Source: Sporopachydermia quercuum (lineage: Eukaryota). Taken from it: 64,000 bases of DNA. The position numbers were made by a program, and so were the translations under genes. The notes under the pieces are model-generated. The model was not told where the DNA came from, did not search any database, and saw only the letters and a list, made by a program, of their open reading frames with translations. The stretch spans positions 186,001-250,000 of the forward strand of contig BCGN01000011.1 of NCBI GenBank assembly GCA_001599295.1, in the 5' to 3' direction. This document shows, one piece after another, positions 25,394 to 38,760 of the stretch. Position 1 is the stretch's first letter, and every line of letters starts with the position of its first letter.

Positions 25394-27667
25394 ATGGTGA
25401 AGCGTGGCAGAACTAAGTACGATGACATCGTACATACAATTTCTGATAGTGAAGATGATATACCTGATTATGATTTCGAAGAAGGGGGAAATGAAAATGC
25501 TTTACTGAAGTCAACTNCTAAGGCGAAAGCTCCCAAGAAAAGAAAGAAGAAGTCTGACGATGATGATGATGATATCTTGAACAAAGATTTTGTTTTTGGT
25601 GAAGCTACAGGGCTTACTGGTTCTTTCAATGATTGGGATTTTGGGATTGAGGAACATATGAAAAATGGGAAAGATGTTGACTTAGACAAGATTATTCGAA
25701 AAAAGGGAGGCTTGAATGATGTGTGGAAGAATGATGAGTTGGAAAATGAACATAGTGACAGTGAAAACAAAGATCACAACGATAGCGATGAGGAAGACGC
25801 TGATGCTGAGAATGAGATTGAAAATAGGAAGGAGGTCAGTAAATCTACAAAGCTCGTTCTCAACGAAGTAGAAAAGAGAAAAGTTAAAGATGGAGCAGCT
25901 AGTGAAGATACTTTGGGTAATTCCGATGAAGTTGATGATAGTAGCTCTGGCGAGCAGAATAACACAGAGAATGATAATGATGATGACGACGACGATAATA
26001 ACGAGGATGACGAAGTTGGCGAAGATGACCAGAACGGTAGTGTTGCTGCTGTTGAAAATAATGATGATGGTTTATCAACTGTAGATGCTGATATGAGTGG
26101 TGCTGAAGTGGAAAGTGAAAATGATAGTCCAGAACGCATCAAAGATTTTTATAATACCGAAGCGGAAGCTGAGTTTGCTAATGTTTCAGTACATAAAAGT
26201 TTCAACACATTGTCTTTGTCTAGACCTACTTTAAAGGGTATAACAGCTCTTGGTTATAGCGCACCTTCTCCGATCCAAGGTAAAGTAATCCCCATTGCTC
26301 TATTAGGTAAAGATATAGTGGCAGGTGCTGCTACTGGTTCAGGNAAAACAGCGGCGTATATTATTCCTATCATTGAAAGACTTCTATATAAACCTAGTAA
26401 GTTGTCTGCTACTAGGGTGATTATTCTGACTCCTACTAGAGAACTTGGTATACAAGTCTGTGACGTTGGTAGAAAACTTGGTCAGTTTGTCAATAACTTA
26501 AGCTTCGGTTTGGCCATCGGCGGTCTGAATCTGAGACAACAAGAACAAGAACTAAAAAGCAGGCCTGATATCGTTGTTGCTACACCTGGTAGGATAATTG
26601 ATCATATTCGTAATTCTGCCAGCTTTTCGGTTGATGATGTCGAAATTCTTGTAGTCGATGAAGCCGATAGAATGCTTGATGAAGGTTTCCAGGTAGAGTT
26701 GACTGAAATTTTGTCATTGATTCCTACTAGAAGNCAAACACTCCTCTTCTCTGCTACAATGAACTCGAAAATCAAGGATTTGATTCAACTTTCGATGAAG
26801 AAGCCTGTGAGAGTCATGGTCAATCCTCCTAAGCAAGCTGCCGAAAAGCTTAGCCAAGAATTCATCAGAATAAGGAAACGAGAAAGCCTGAAGTCTGCTG
26901 TTTTATTTCATGTCTTGACCAATTTCACAGTACTTAACACTCAGAGAACTATTATCTTTGTTTCTAGGAAAGAAATGGCTCATAGACTCCGTATAATTCT
27001 AGGATTACTTGGTATAAGGGTGGGTGAGCTACATGGCTCTTTGAGCCAGGAGCAGAGGTTACAGAACGTCATTGCCTTTAAAGAGCTGAAGTTGTCGGTA
27101 ATCGTTTGTACCGATTTGGCTTCTAGAGGTTTAGATATTCCTAAGGTTGAGGTAGTAATCAATTATGACATGCCAAAATCTTATGACGTGTACATTCATC
27201 GAGTAGGTCGAACAGCGAGAGCCGGTAGGTCAGGTAGAAGTATTTCATTTGTTAGTGACTCATCTGCTGATAGATCCATTGTTAAGGAAGCCATAAAAAG
27301 TGTCAAAGAATCGAAGAACGGTAAAGCTTCAGCAAGAAATATCAGTTGGCCTGAAGTTGAGAAGATCAACAAAAAGATCGATGTATCACAGTCCATCATC
27401 GATGAAATTTTGGCTGAAGAAAAGAGTGAAAAACAACTTGCAATTGCTGAAATGGAACTAAAGAAAGGTGAGAACATATTAAAACATAAGGAAGAAATCA
27501 AATCCAGGCCAAGACGAACATGGTTTGACGATGGAAAAGAGGCTGGAAAAAAAACTATGAAAAAAACTGCTAAAGGTAAGAAGTTATCAGAAAAAGAAGA
27601 GCAAATGAGATCTAAAGGTTCAAAAGGGAAAGATAATAACAATGGAAAAAATAGAAGAAGAAAGTAA
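25394..27667 (+). CDS. DRS1: DEAD-box RNA helicase, 60S biogenesis
   Basis: Acidic N-terminus with TISDS, Q motif, A.TGSx[30 protein letters not shown]-terminal EI.SRP.RTWF. Confidence 0.95.
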   Translation: MVKRGRTKYDDIVHTISDSEDDIPDYDFEEGGNENALLKSTXKAKAPKKRKKKSDDDDDDILNKDFVFGEATGLTGSFNDWDFGIEEHMKNGKDVDLDKIIRKKGGLNDVWKNDELENEHSDSENKDHNDSDEEDADAENEIENRKEVSKSTKLVLNEVEKRKVKDGAASEDTLGNSDEVDDSSSGEQNNTENDNDDDDDDNNEDDEVGEDDQNGSVAAVENNDDGLSTVDADMSGAEVESENDSPERIKDFYNTEAEAEFANVSVHKSFNTLSLSRPTLKGITALGYSAPSPIQGKVIPIALLGKDIVAGAATGSXKTAAYIIPIIERLLYKPSKLSATRVIILTPTRELGIQVCDVGRKLGQFVNNLSFGLAIGGLNLRQQEQELKSRPDIVVATPGRIIDHIRNSASFSVDDVEILVVDEADRMLDEGFQVELTEILSLIPTRXQTLLFSATMNSKIKDLIQLSMKKPVRVMVNPPKQAAEKLSQEFIRIRKRESLKSAVLFHVLTNFTVLNTQRTIIFVSRKEMAHRLRIILGLLGIRVGELHGSLSQEQRLQNVIAFKELKLSVIVCTDLASRGLDIPKVEVVINYDMPKSYDVYIHRVGRTARAGRSGRSISFVSDSSADRSIVKEAIKSVKESKNGKASARNISWPEVEKINKKIDVSQSIIDEILAEEKSEKQLAIAEMELKKGENILKHKEEIKSRPRRTWFDDGKEAGKKTMKKTAKGKKLSEKEEQMRSKGSKGKDNNNGKNRRRK

Positions 27668-27926
27668 CATAAACCGTGGGGTAGAGAACCAATATATCAG
27701 CACCAGCCTAAAGGTCAATTGATAGTAGGGCACGATTAATAACCATAACAGAAGAAAAACATTAGAATGATCTGACACTGCTGAATTATTCATGCTTCAT
27801 GGTTGTCTATATAAAGGAGTTTCATGTAATCAATCGATATTCAATAAAATGAGTGTGTTTATTTAATCTATAGTTATTTTGGTGGGAAGTTTATCCCTCA
27901 TTAACCGCTTCAAAAAGAATCGGAGG

Positions 27927-29872
27927 TCACTCATAATAAAAATCCAGATCGTTTATTAGTTTTTCAATATCTTCATCATCAGCTTTGTTTGTTTGTGAAG
28001 AAACATTGATATTGTCTTTCCCCAGAAAGTTCAGATGAAATTTTAATTTTATATCAGACAACGTGTTTATTTGACTTTTTGTTTCCGGAGAAAGAAACTT
28101 ACCGTTTGTAATCAGCTGAAGTCCATCTCCCCATTCATACGCTAACTCGGGGGTGTCGGTAAAGAATACCAGCAAAGGTGCGCTTGTATCATCTTTTCCT
28201 ATAAGTGTGATCTTCTTGTAAACCCTGCGTGATTGCAGATGTATAATTTTTGGTGTATCGTCGTTTGCCACTGACATATCCTCAATTCTAACAACAGCTA
28301 TTTTTCCAACATTGATTGTGGAACAAGCCTTTCTGAACCCATGAAGAGTTTCTGGTTTCTCGACAAACTTCAGGTATTGGATAAATCTACGATCGCTGGA
28401 AAGAGACATATAATAAACATATGGGGTCTCTTGAGTCATTGATTGGTCGAGAGGATTATCTGCTAAAAGCCAGGCTCCTTTCATGAGACTAATGACCCTT
28501 TGCTCTTTTACAAAATTCTTGCTTTGAAGAACTGTTTCCTTCTCAAGTTTACTAAATAGTCATTTCGTCAGTAACCATTCTGATATATGCACATAAAAAA
28601 TCACAAAATCACTTACTCAATTTCCTCTCGAAAGACTTCCTTTTTGCTTGATCGTATATCTTCCAACTGAAACTCGCGAATGTCGTGATAATTCAACCCT
28701 TCAATGAAGTCTGTCGCATCGTCGATTGTCGCATTGATTGGTAATGAGCCATGTAGTTTCTTGAATGCGACCTCTAGCAATTCATATATGACCTCTAGAT
28801 CTTCGACTTCCGCTTTACTCGCTTTCCAAATGTTCAAAAATAGATTCACTGTGTAAAAGTAGAGCAAACTCCACCCTGTTGAGTACTTTTTGAGATTGAG
28901 TTTCTGATTCTTTAAATCGACTTTATCTCCAATTAAAACAAAATGATACAATAATTCTGAAACTTTTTGGCACGCTAAAATTAATGGGAAGCAATATTCA
29001 GCAGAACTAAACATAAGNTGTTCTGAATAGTTCTTCTTGAATGTCAAATTTTGGTCTTTCAAGAAAGATATAATGTCCAAGATATCCAGCAATGGTAGTT
29101 TGAGTAGTTCTTTAGTGGGATCACCATGTATGCCAATTTTGGCCCATTGGGCCGAGTTATAACTAATATTTTCTTTTGAGCTGATCGATACTAGGCCCGA
29201 CAACACGGCCATGAGCTCGGATGTAATTATCGAATGAATATGTGATGATTTATTTGGTAGAGTTGTCTTTAGATATATAGTAATATTGTCGTAGACATTT
29301 TTGAACTGGATCGAAGTAGCTCTAATAGTTTTGCTCGAATATTTATCATCTATCACATCTCCGATAGAATTAATGAGCCCAGTATCACGTACCCTGATAA
29401 AGGAGAAGATAAGCAATTCATCAATTGTGACTTCTCTGTCATTCTTATGAGTATAAGCATTGAACAGGGAACACAGTAACCCAATGCACGTATGATAAAA
29501 ATGTGCATCATTGGCACTAAATTTCATGGATAAGCTCTCAAACAGTACAAGATTTTGATTCAATGTGTCGATGAACACATCCTTTATAATTGTGCTTACC
29601 TTGGATATCATATCCAGTATTTGTGCAAGTATACTAAGACATGCTGTTGTTACTATCAGTTGCTCATTCTTTGCAGCGATCTTTATAACCGTCCCAATCA
29701 ACCTCTCGTTAAAAATTGACTGAATATCTGATACATCATAATGTTCAATGTTCCTAGTGAGTTCTAACGTTAGTCTCTGGAATGCCTGGATAGAATCAAG
29801 ATTGTTATCAGATCCTCTCAAAATTTGATCTCTAGCATGTGCCAAAGGTTTCAATAGCCCTATCTCACTCAT
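27927..29872 (-). CDS. LMO1: ELMO/CED-12 family protein with C-terminal PH domain; exons 29872-28617 and 28551-27927
   Basis: 65-nt intron GTAAGT..TACTGAC..TAG fuses two ORFs giving FVKEQRVISLMKGAW; FKKNYSE.L, FPL..A, EWGDGL. Confidence 0.8.
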
Positions 29873-30825
29873 GATCTGTTTGAGACACTATTTGGGATTT
29901 CTAGTTGCTATGTATGTTTACTCGATCTTGTTTGTGGCAGTTGACTTTTGTTGCTGTTTTATAGTCTGTATGGTTCATGACTTTGACCGCACAAGTTGAA
30001 GAATTAATTATCAACTCCGGGTGATGATTAATTTTCACTTGTGGTGCGGTTGCTCATTTGGGAATTGGAGAACTACAAGGGGAGATTCAATCTATTTTGT
30101 GGACATCTTGAGTGTGTGGTGTATTGATATTATTATGGTGCCGTATTCTATATAGTGTGCATTCAAGAATATACTTTCTAAATTGTAGTTATTTGACTAT
30201 TACAGTATAATCCATTTTTTACCATTCAATCCACGTTGGTCTGGTCAGCTTTTCATGACGATTTCGCAATTTAGAATCTGGAAGTTTCCTAAGAGGTGCT
30301 TCAGGACGCCCACACATTAAAATATACTTGGCCGAAAATCAATTCTTATTGCGGACATGCAAATTTTATTAGAAGGACGTCTCTTTCCGTCTTCATTGGA
30401 TCTATGCTGTCTCGTTTCTTTTTTTTTTGTATTACATTTCTATCTCTTGAATGCTTCCTTTCAACTTTGCCGTCAATTGTTCCTTTCTATTTTCTTTCAG
30501 TTATGCTTTTCCGCAGCGTAGCACTTTAGTACGATGTATTGAGTTGATTAGTTGATAACTATTACTGCTTTAGGATTAGGGTTCTATCTAATAAGATTTC
30601 AGTGTAAAACTCGATAGTTGGTATTTGAATTAATATAATACATTACATATGAACAATAAATTATGTCTTTAGTATTTTCTGAGCCTCAACGATCAAAGTC
30701 ACAGTGTATTTTCATCATCTAAGGACAAGAAACAACGAAGCAGGACAGAACACCGAAAACTTTGTAATCGGCAGGGTTGGAAAAGAAGGAGGTCACTAAA
30801 CACGTTGTCAAAGTAAACCCCACAC

Positions 30826-31599
30826 TTACAACACAGTACGTCCTTCTATACCAGTACTGTGCGAAAAATCATTCAACTCAACTAACGTACCGGTCGAATC
30901 TTCCGAAGACTGCAGATTATTTAAGAGACTCACTTCTTCCAAATAACGATCGAGTATTAAGACATTTCGGGAATTTGTTCTATATGCGATATCCACTATC
31001 ACACCTGCAAATGGTATGAGACCAACTAAGAAGTCGACAACAATGTTTCCGATCATAAGCGTTCTTTCCTTCAAAGGAAGCCCCTGACCTCTGAAACCTT
31101 TGATCTGACACGCAGTGCGAAACACCATAACTGATAAACCGACTTGAATCAATGTTCCGATCCATGGTACTATGCCGATGATGGCATTCCACCCCATTCG
31201 TAGCCCACAGAATGTAAATTTGAGGTCCAAACTATATGCTCTTCTTCTCATTTTTCGTAAAGTTTTCTTATCATCTTCGCATATATGTTCTGGGATTGGT
31301 CTTTTTCGTTTTAGAGCTTTAACTTGATCTCTTTTCTCTAATGGAACAGTTTCTGGATAGTACTGTGATGAAGGGGACTTAGTTAGATGGATGATCATGT
31401 AACGAAAATGATTCAAACAATTTACTTACCTCTTCGAAATATGGATCTTCAGTTCCAAACTTATTCAATCTGGTTTCTTTGAATATCTAAGAAATAAAGA
31501 AATAATTAGTAACGAAGCAATCAATCATCAATAATTGTATCAGGTTCCAAAATTTATACATACTTTTTTCAAAACAATTCTGGTAATAAATGATGTCAT
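30826..31599 (-). CDS. DUF4112 membrane protein; exons 31599-31564, 31486-31430, 31362-30826
   Basis: Spliced N-terminus MTSFITRIVLKK|IFKETRLNKFGTEDPYFEE; RRRAY.LD..F..CG.R.GW.AIIG.VP, G.IPF.G...D..YR.N.RN; intron-2 acceptor could instead be an in-frame AAG 15 nt earlier. Confidence 0.88.
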
Positions 31600-32141
31600 T
31601 TTTGCTTGTGAAAACTTCTAACTATATAGAGCTATGAGGATGATAGACTTATACCTACTATGATACGATAACTGTTGTTTGGTTGCAGTCGTGGCACCAC
31701 TATTCTTTCTTTTTCTAATATCGAATGGGGAAAGAAATGAATAGAGAACATATAGATTTCTTGAAAATTATAGGGCTAATGAGAACACATTCTGTCATTC
31801 ATCTTAACATCGTATACGTCATCTTTTACTTTTTCTATCTAGCTCACAAACTACTCAAAAACACAGCGAACAGAGTAACAAGATTCTACAACAGAAATAG
31901 ACAGCCATAAATTTAAATATAAAATAAGAATGAATTTATCAAGGAATTTATTATAAAAAGTATTCAGCTGAAATTCAATATTACATTCAGCGTACCAGAA
32001 GAGTATATACAGGAAAGAAAGCATTTTGAAGTAGGCACAATGCCAATAGGATAATACTACTTCACAACAGATAGCCATATTAAAATAAAAAATTCAATAT
32101 TGACCAGCTTTAAATAATTTTTTTGGAGCAGACTCACCAGT

Positions 32142-32708
32142 TTAGCAATCACCAACATCGATTGATTCAACTAAAGTACTTCCTTTCTCACCTAATTCCT
32201 TTATCAATATGTACTTGAGTTTGATCAAATGCTCCCTCAAACATACATTTGCTTGTTTTAATTCTAAGTTTTCACGCTTGAGCTCGGCATTCTCATTTTT
32301 GGCATCAGCCAAAGATTCATTCAATCCAGAAAAATTCTCTATCTGTTCCTCCAACTCTTTAATATACTTGTTTCTTCTCTCCCTGTAAGTTTTCTGAGCA
32401 ACCCTATTTTGTTCAGCACGCTTCGTAGGAGTTATCCTTTTTCTAGTCCGGGAAGATATCTTGACTGGTGGTACTTCATCTACTGAAGGCATAGAAGGCA
32501 TAGAGGTTGACTCTTCTAATTCAACACGTGCAAAGCGAAAGCTAGGTGACACTACAGTGTTGGGTAAGCTTTCTTGCGTGGCAGATGCAAGAGCTGCCGC
32601 AACTTCATCGACACTCGGGTAAGAGGATTGAGTCATGTCATTCAAAGGAAAGTTCTGACCCTGAGCCATGCCAGTAGAGTCGTAGTTGGTAGTTTCACTA
32701 GTTACCAT
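32142..32708 (-). CDS. bZIP transcription factor (Yap/KapC-like basic region)
   Basis: KRAEQNRVAQKTYRERRNKYIKELE followed by a leucine zipper. Confidence 0.88.
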   Translation of the reverse strand: MVTSETTNYDSTGMAQGQNFPLNDMTQSSYPSVDEVAAALASATQESLPNTVVSPSFRFARVELEESTSMPSMPSVDEVPPVKISSRTRKRITPTKRAEQNRVAQKTYRERRNKYIKELEEQIENFSGLNESLADAKNENAELKRENLELKQANVCLREHLIKLKYILIKELGEKGSTLVESIDVGDC

Positions 32709-34903
32709 ATTGTTAATATCATGATGGATTGCTATGTACTAACTGCGCAATCTCTGGATGTGCAAAGTAAATGACCTATTCCAATCATCCTTTATCTTGC
32801 CCCTTTTAACGTAGANGGAGTGAATCTATAAACAATTACTATTCCTTATGATCCACTTCGACAATCTAACTGTATATAGCATGTATTACTGTCTCAAGTA
32901 TTACAATTGATATGGAGTTATCCCTAAGTAAATTGTCATTAAGTGTCTTCCTCGCTATAATTACAATTGTATAATACAACAATCAAAGTGTACACCCTGA
33001 AATGAGACACCACACTACTTTGTAGAGNACACCAGAAACCAGTCGCAAGGCCAGGCCCAATGTTACAACCCAATGATAATTAATTCAATCAATACCAGGC
33101 ATCAATTTGTTATACATTGAAAAGCAATTAATATATTAGACACATTAAACATCAGTGTCTAATATAATTTTTAGTCGGTCTCTCAAAGGAATAATAAGTG
33201 GATCAATAAAATAGTCTATTTCAAATTGTTCAAGATTAAGCATACATCGCCATGCCCGAGTCTTTATCGATGAAGCAAGGCATTCGATGATAANAAACCA
33301 ACGAAATCATTTCAAGAATACAAGGACTGAATAGAAGTAATCGCAAAGATTTTCTGGTTTTTCTTTTTTATCACATGAAGGTTAGATATTACCATACACA
33401 ATCGTTCTCCACTATCTCCAATATCCTGAGACCATGCTATTCTACAGGTGCATAGTGAACTAGCAACTACCCATCGCACTCTGCGAAGCTAAACAACACA
33501 GCTTAATTTTAATTCACTCAGTGCGAACGAATAACTTTATAGTGCTTTCTGAAATTCATTATACTGAACCAATCCACAGTACAGTAGAACTATCGTACTT
33601 TTTCTTTTCCATCGAGAGCTATCTTTGCCAGTTATGTTTCACAGCATCAATAATAATACCAACCAAACATTCTACGATATCATCTCCTAATCAAGTATCT
33701 TTACACGACCGAGGGTTCAATTCAGTTTACTGGTACTGAGTATCTGTACACTTTAAAATGCAGCAGCGAACTAAGTCATGGAAATTACTTTCTAACTCAT
33801 TCTTTTATTGATTAAAAATTATCTAATTTATTTCAAAAAACTCGTCATGAACATTTTCGAAACTTTGGCCAATTTGCAAAAATTTTGTTCTTCCCTGTAG
33901 ACAACCTTTGTAAAGTACAACAGTGGTTTTTTCGCACGTAAAACGTTTCGGACAACTTTATATGCTCAAGGGGGTGGTAGAGAGACACAAAACAGACGGT
34001 AGAATTGGGAGACTCTGAAATAAACCAGACAAAATTCAAGTAGTAATAAAACATTGGTTTAGTCTCTATGTGTGCTTTAAGGTGATGATGACTTGCTACT
34101 TACTCCACTGGATGGAAAATAGAAAAATTTAGTGGGAATTTTGTTCATGATTTCACAGAGAAAAGCAGTCGGATGTAATCTTAGTGGAGTGTTAATCAGA
34201 AGTGGGTTAATCAATTAATTGCTGTACCAAATAAATTGAATGATCGTGAATGAAAATTGAAAACTGAAACAAGACTTTTCACGGAATCAAAACAGATGCA
34301 TCATCAAAACACTCGCTACTTATTCAAAAATCTTCAAGTAACACTCAAACACAAAATACCTCAAGGTAGAAATTCTTGTTATATTGATTCACAAGAAAAG
34401 ATACACAAGCCGAAAGCAAATTGAACTTTGACCAGAGTTCTCTCCTTCACAACGCTCTGCAAATCTTCCATAAAGACTTGGCATATGACTTGGTGGAAAC
34501 CAAGCATAATATCAAAAATTAAGTGGTGGACGATCGTTTCATCACAACTGTTTTTCAAAGAATATAGAGAAGATCACTAGAAATCCAATTTTAATTTTTA
34601 TCTTTGAAACAATATACAACACATACATAAGCGCTAGGCACCGAAACTGAGCGAATAATTCACCATAGAAGACAGAAATTGATTGATTTTGTTCGAAAAC
34701 TATCATATCAAACATCGTGCAATGAATCAATAATTAATGTTGTTAGGGTAAGAAGAAGGATAAACCAGTGGATTATATGAGAATCGGCTAATCTACATCG
34801 ACTATCCAACATATAAAATTTTTCTTTCCCTGTTGTCCTTTCTTTCAGCATCTAAGGCCACTTACTCATCCTCATAAAGGTAAGACAATTCAGAACATCA
34901 ATT

Positions 34904-37900
34904 ATGTCATCTGTTGGCAAAAAGACATTCAAATCTCAATCCCTCAACAGTTTATTCAGGACCCCTGACTCCAATGGATCAAATGATTCAAAATCTAACC
35001 ACAATAATGACAAAGGCACTTCCTCACCCAGACCATCATTTTCAAGATTCAAGCCTGTGAAAACTATCTCATCTGCGTCTGGAACTTTGAAGCTCATCCC
35101 TTCAACATCACTTCCATCACGGGCGTTATCACCCTCAGGACCCAATTTGATTGTTTCCAAGGGAGGATCAAACAGCGCAAGTCCTATCCCTCGAACCAAC
35201 AACATTGATGTAAAATCCGACAACGAGTCTGTATGGAAAGTGGATAGGTCGAAAACTATAAATGATAGCCCAAATACTGANAAACAACAATATACTTTGA
35301 TGCCGCAACAAAAAGCAACTACGAAGCAAACGGATGAAGCTTCAAAATCATTAATGGAGTCAAAAAATACCTACATAATGATCACTGGAATGAACACAAT
35401 TTCCAAATCAAGTACCAATACGATTACAAATACTACAACAAACAAGAATGCAACCTCTATTATTCAAGATAATAATTATAGTACATCAACTACAATCTTC
35501 TCCAGTGATGGTAAAAAAGGACAACAATTTGATGCTGTTTCCAGTAAGGTCAATTGGGACGAGGATGAAGATTGGTCCAAAGTACAGATTAGTTTAGACT
35601 TTGATAAACCAATAGTCGCTCCAGAGAAAGAAAAGAAATACGAAAACCCCGTAAACGTGAACTCTTCGAAATCAAATAATACCAACATAGATAATACGGA
35701 GAAGGTTCAAAGTAACAGCACTTTTTTTTTGGAGCCTTCTACGCAACAACCGCAGGCAACACTGATACCTGTTCAATCATCTTCCAAAAATGCATGGAGC
35801 ACTTCTTTAACATCGAGAATACAGGTTGGGAAAAAAGAATCTTCCAGTACTAGCTCTGCTGTACCTGGTACCGTCAATACGACCGGTGAATCAGTCAAAA
35901 ACAATTATGAAACAGGAATGAAAGTCTCATCTCCAACTACCGTTAATGGCACTATTGTACAGGGCAACATTAATGGCGGTCAGTGGAATAGAAACCAACC
36001 ATCTCAAACACTTGACGATAAAATTCCTGCAAATCAGTACAATCGGATCCATTCTCCATTGAACCAAACTTCAAACGACAAAAGGCTTGCATTTTCTGAT
36101 TCAACATACAGATATCCGGATACGGCATCTTTACCAAGACAAGAGATATATAATCCTCAAAGTGGGAAATTAGAGGTAGTAGATATGAAAAATTACAATA
36201 CAAGAGATACTTTCCGAAGAAATGATATGCCTCATGATGTTATATCATCTGAGAACTCATCTAGAAACCCCAAGCATACACAAACACCCATTCTCAATGG
36301 CTCAGATATCCGAGAACGTGAACCGGTTCATACTTCTTCGGACAAACGACAAGAAAAAGACTCGTCAGAGGGTATCAAAGGCCGATATGATGTGAATCAT
36401 ATTTTAGAAGAACATGACAGAATCATGAAGGAATCAGTGGAACGTGCCAAACAAAGAAAAAACGACTTTGCGCGGCAAGAGCAAGAGAAACGAAAGCAAC
36501 ACCGAAATTCATTTTCAAGCAATGGTTTGTCAAACACTACTATAAGCAATGGCCGCCATTATGAAAATGAGCACATAGCAACTGAAGCACACAGTTCTAA
36601 CAGTGATGTTGTTGACGCCAGAAACAAAACAAACCCTTGGCTAATTTCCACGAGTTCACAATTATGGAGTAATAATTCTACTAACCGATCCTTCGCTGAA
36701 GATTTGATTATGGGCGAAAATGAATCAGACAACATGCAAGTTGATACTGAAGGAGGTGAACATGAATTTTCTGATGNTTCATCTTTGAAATCCACATCAC
36801 CTAATTCTGGCGAACTCAGCACCGGCACCAGGGGTCACTCAAGGTTTTTCCCATCCCAGTTTACGTCACCCAGATCTAATAGTAACATGAATCATCTCGC
36901 GAGCCCAAAACCTGGAAACCTATATGGCAAAGAACCTCGCAGTAAGAGCGCTAGTTCAACACCTATGATACATAACTCCGTGCAATTCAGCCGAAATTTC
37001 GACAGNAAGAATACAAGCAACGAGTTTTCAGCAGAGAACGGCGTTTACAGATTTGATTCAAAATTTCATGACCAACAATTTGGACGTTCCAGAAATTTTC
37101 TTCTTGAAAGAAGTAATGTAGGCAGAATCTATCGTACCGATAATACGAATAGCAATAACAATGATAATGAAACAGGACTTGATACTTCAAATCGCAATAA
37201 AAGAAATGTAATTGACGGAAGTTCCTCGAGCTCTCTTCATCGGGACAGAGAGTTTATGCCATCTGTTAATATGGTTCTTCTTGGTTCAAAAGATGATCAC
37301 CTGAATTTTCATAATCATAAAAAGCATAACGATTTGAATACCCAAAGGTATCACGATGTTTTAGATCAAATGGATGTGAAATTTGGTTCACTGGGAATGA
37401 AATCACCCGGGGAGAAATTATTAAATTCTCGTGAGAGGCATATAGTACCCTCTTCCCTTGGAATCTCTGAACATAGTATTAACTTGGATAGATTCATGAG
37501 TACTCCTTCCTCAAAACCGCCACTTTCACATGCTATTGGAGGTTTACCGATCCCTATTCCTCCAATTGTAAGTACTGATTTTAACGACTTAGGAGGTCGG
37601 CATAGTTTGGGTTCTCTAGAATCCGAATTTAATCTTCAATCAATCACACCCAGAGAAGATTCAGATGATGCTAGCATGCAAGGGTTATCTAGTCCATTGA
37701 TGGGTACACTGATAGCTAGTATTGATCAAAGCCTAAATGAAGGGTCTGTATTGAAAACACGAAGTTCTGAGATTGATATGTTGCTGAAACGAGAAACCGA
37801 AAGTCTTAATAGTAATGGAGGCTTAGATTATTCGGTGAATGTTTCAGACTCCTGTATATCTTTATCTGATGAGGTTTCAAGTGATGAAATAGTATTGAAT

Positions 37901-38335
37901 CAAGATATGGAACAGTCTTTGACACATCCAGAAGGTTTCGCAAGTAGTTTTTGCAAAAGAGAAAGACCTGGTGTTGGTTACATGTTTGTTCGAGAATTAC
38001 AACCTAAATTAAATAGCATGGGTGTTGAAATTCTTGTTTCATTCCCAGGGGTAGAAATATATGAGGAAGATAAACAACAAAATTTGAAAAACTCATTAGA
38101 TGCTAACTCAAAACTGACGACGATACCCGGAGAGTTCACTCACGAAAACACAATATCGGTGTTCTTCTCATTTGCTAACTTCGAAGGGAGATTCGGGGGC
38201 TTAAAGATTACGAAGAATAATAAGAGTTCAAGCCATGGAAGCGCTGGTTTGAAAAATCAGAAATCGGTTCGCTCAGGCCCCACAGACGGTATTTCAAAGA
38301 ATATGTTACGCCTGAAGAATACAAGACAAGGCTAG
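34904..38335 (+). CDS. Large S/N-rich disordered protein, possibly PRRC2/BAT2-like
   Basis: 1143-aa intact ORF; short islands KKTFKSQSLNSLF, NWDEDEDW, EIYNPQSGKLE, MKESVERAKQRK; family assignment tentative. Confidence 0.75.
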   Translation: MSSVGKKTFKSQSLNSLFRTPDSNGSNDSKSNHNNDKGTSSPRPSFSRFKPVKTISSASGTLKLIPSTSLPSRALSPSGPNLIVSKGGSNSASPIPRTNNIDVKSDNESVWKVDRSKTINDSPNTXKQQYTLMPQQKATTKQTDEASKSLMESKNTYIMITGMNTISKSSTNTITNTTTNKNATSIIQDNNYSTSTTIFSSDGKKGQQFDAVSSKVNWDEDEDWSKVQISLDFDKPIVAPEKEKKYENPVNVNSSKSNNTNIDNTEKVQSNSTFFLEPSTQQPQATLIPVQSSSKNAWSTSLTSRIQVGKKESSSTSSAVPGTVNTTGESVKNNYETGMKVSSPTTVNGTIVQGNINGGQWNRNQPSQTLDDKIPANQYNRIHSPLNQTSNDKRLAFSDSTYRYPDTASLPRQEIYNPQSGKLEVVDMKNYNTRDTFRRNDMPHDVISSENSSRNPKHTQTPILNGSDIREREPVHTSSDKRQEKDSSEGIKGRYDVNHILEEHDRIMKESVERAKQRKNDFARQEQEKRKQHRNSFSSNGLSNTTISNGRHYENEHIATEAHSSNSDVVDARNKTNPWLISTSSQLWSNNSTNRSFAEDLIMGENESDNMQVDTEGGEHEFSDXSSLKSTSPNSGELSTGTRGHSRFFPSQFTSPRSNSNMNHLASPKPGNLYGKEPRSKSASSTPMIHNSVQFSRNFDXKNTSNEFSAENGVYRFDSKFHDQQFGRSRNFLLERSNVGRIYRTDNTNSNNNDNETGLDTSNRNKRNVIDGSSSSSLHRDREFMPSVNMVLLGSKDDHLNFHNHKKHNDLNTQRYHDVLDQMDVKFGSLGMKSPGEKLLNSRERHIVPSSLGISEHSINLDRFMSTPSSKPPLSHAIGGLPIPIPPIVSTDFNDLGGRHSLGSLESEFNLQSITPREDSDDASMQGLSSPLMGTLIASIDQSLNEGSVLKTRSSEIDMLLKRETESLNSNGGLDYSVNVSDSCISLSDEVSSDEIVLNQDMEQSLTHPEGFASSFCKRERPGVGYMFVRELQPKLNSMGVEILVSFPGVEIYEEDKQQNLKNSLDANSKLTTIPGEFTHENTISVFFSFANFEGRFGGLKITKNNKSSSHGSAGLKNQKSVRSGPTDGISKNMLRLKNTRQG

Positions 38336-38760
38336 TAGATAAAAATATATACTACTGATTTACAAATCACAATTCGAGTGATCATAATAAAATAATATAT
38401 ATATGTAGATGAACTAAAATGATTATTAGCGGGTTCAATTGGGTCAAAAGTGGGAGGCAAGTATGCCCCTGTATCACATTTCGAAAAAGTCTGATGTCTA
38501 CTTTTGATAGCTAAACTCATATATATTCAACATTTATTTAGTAGACAGACAACATTATTCCTCATATTATTAACTAGATAATGCCCGCCGAATAAGACGA
38601 AACTCAAAGACCATCCATCCTGAATCAAAGAAAGCACAACAAAAATATAAAAAATAGAAACATGTGCGAATAAATTCATAAGCCACGATAAAGGTTTCAG
38701 GAAAACCACCTAAACCAAGTTACTATATCAAATAAACAATTCAAACGTAATTGAATGCGT

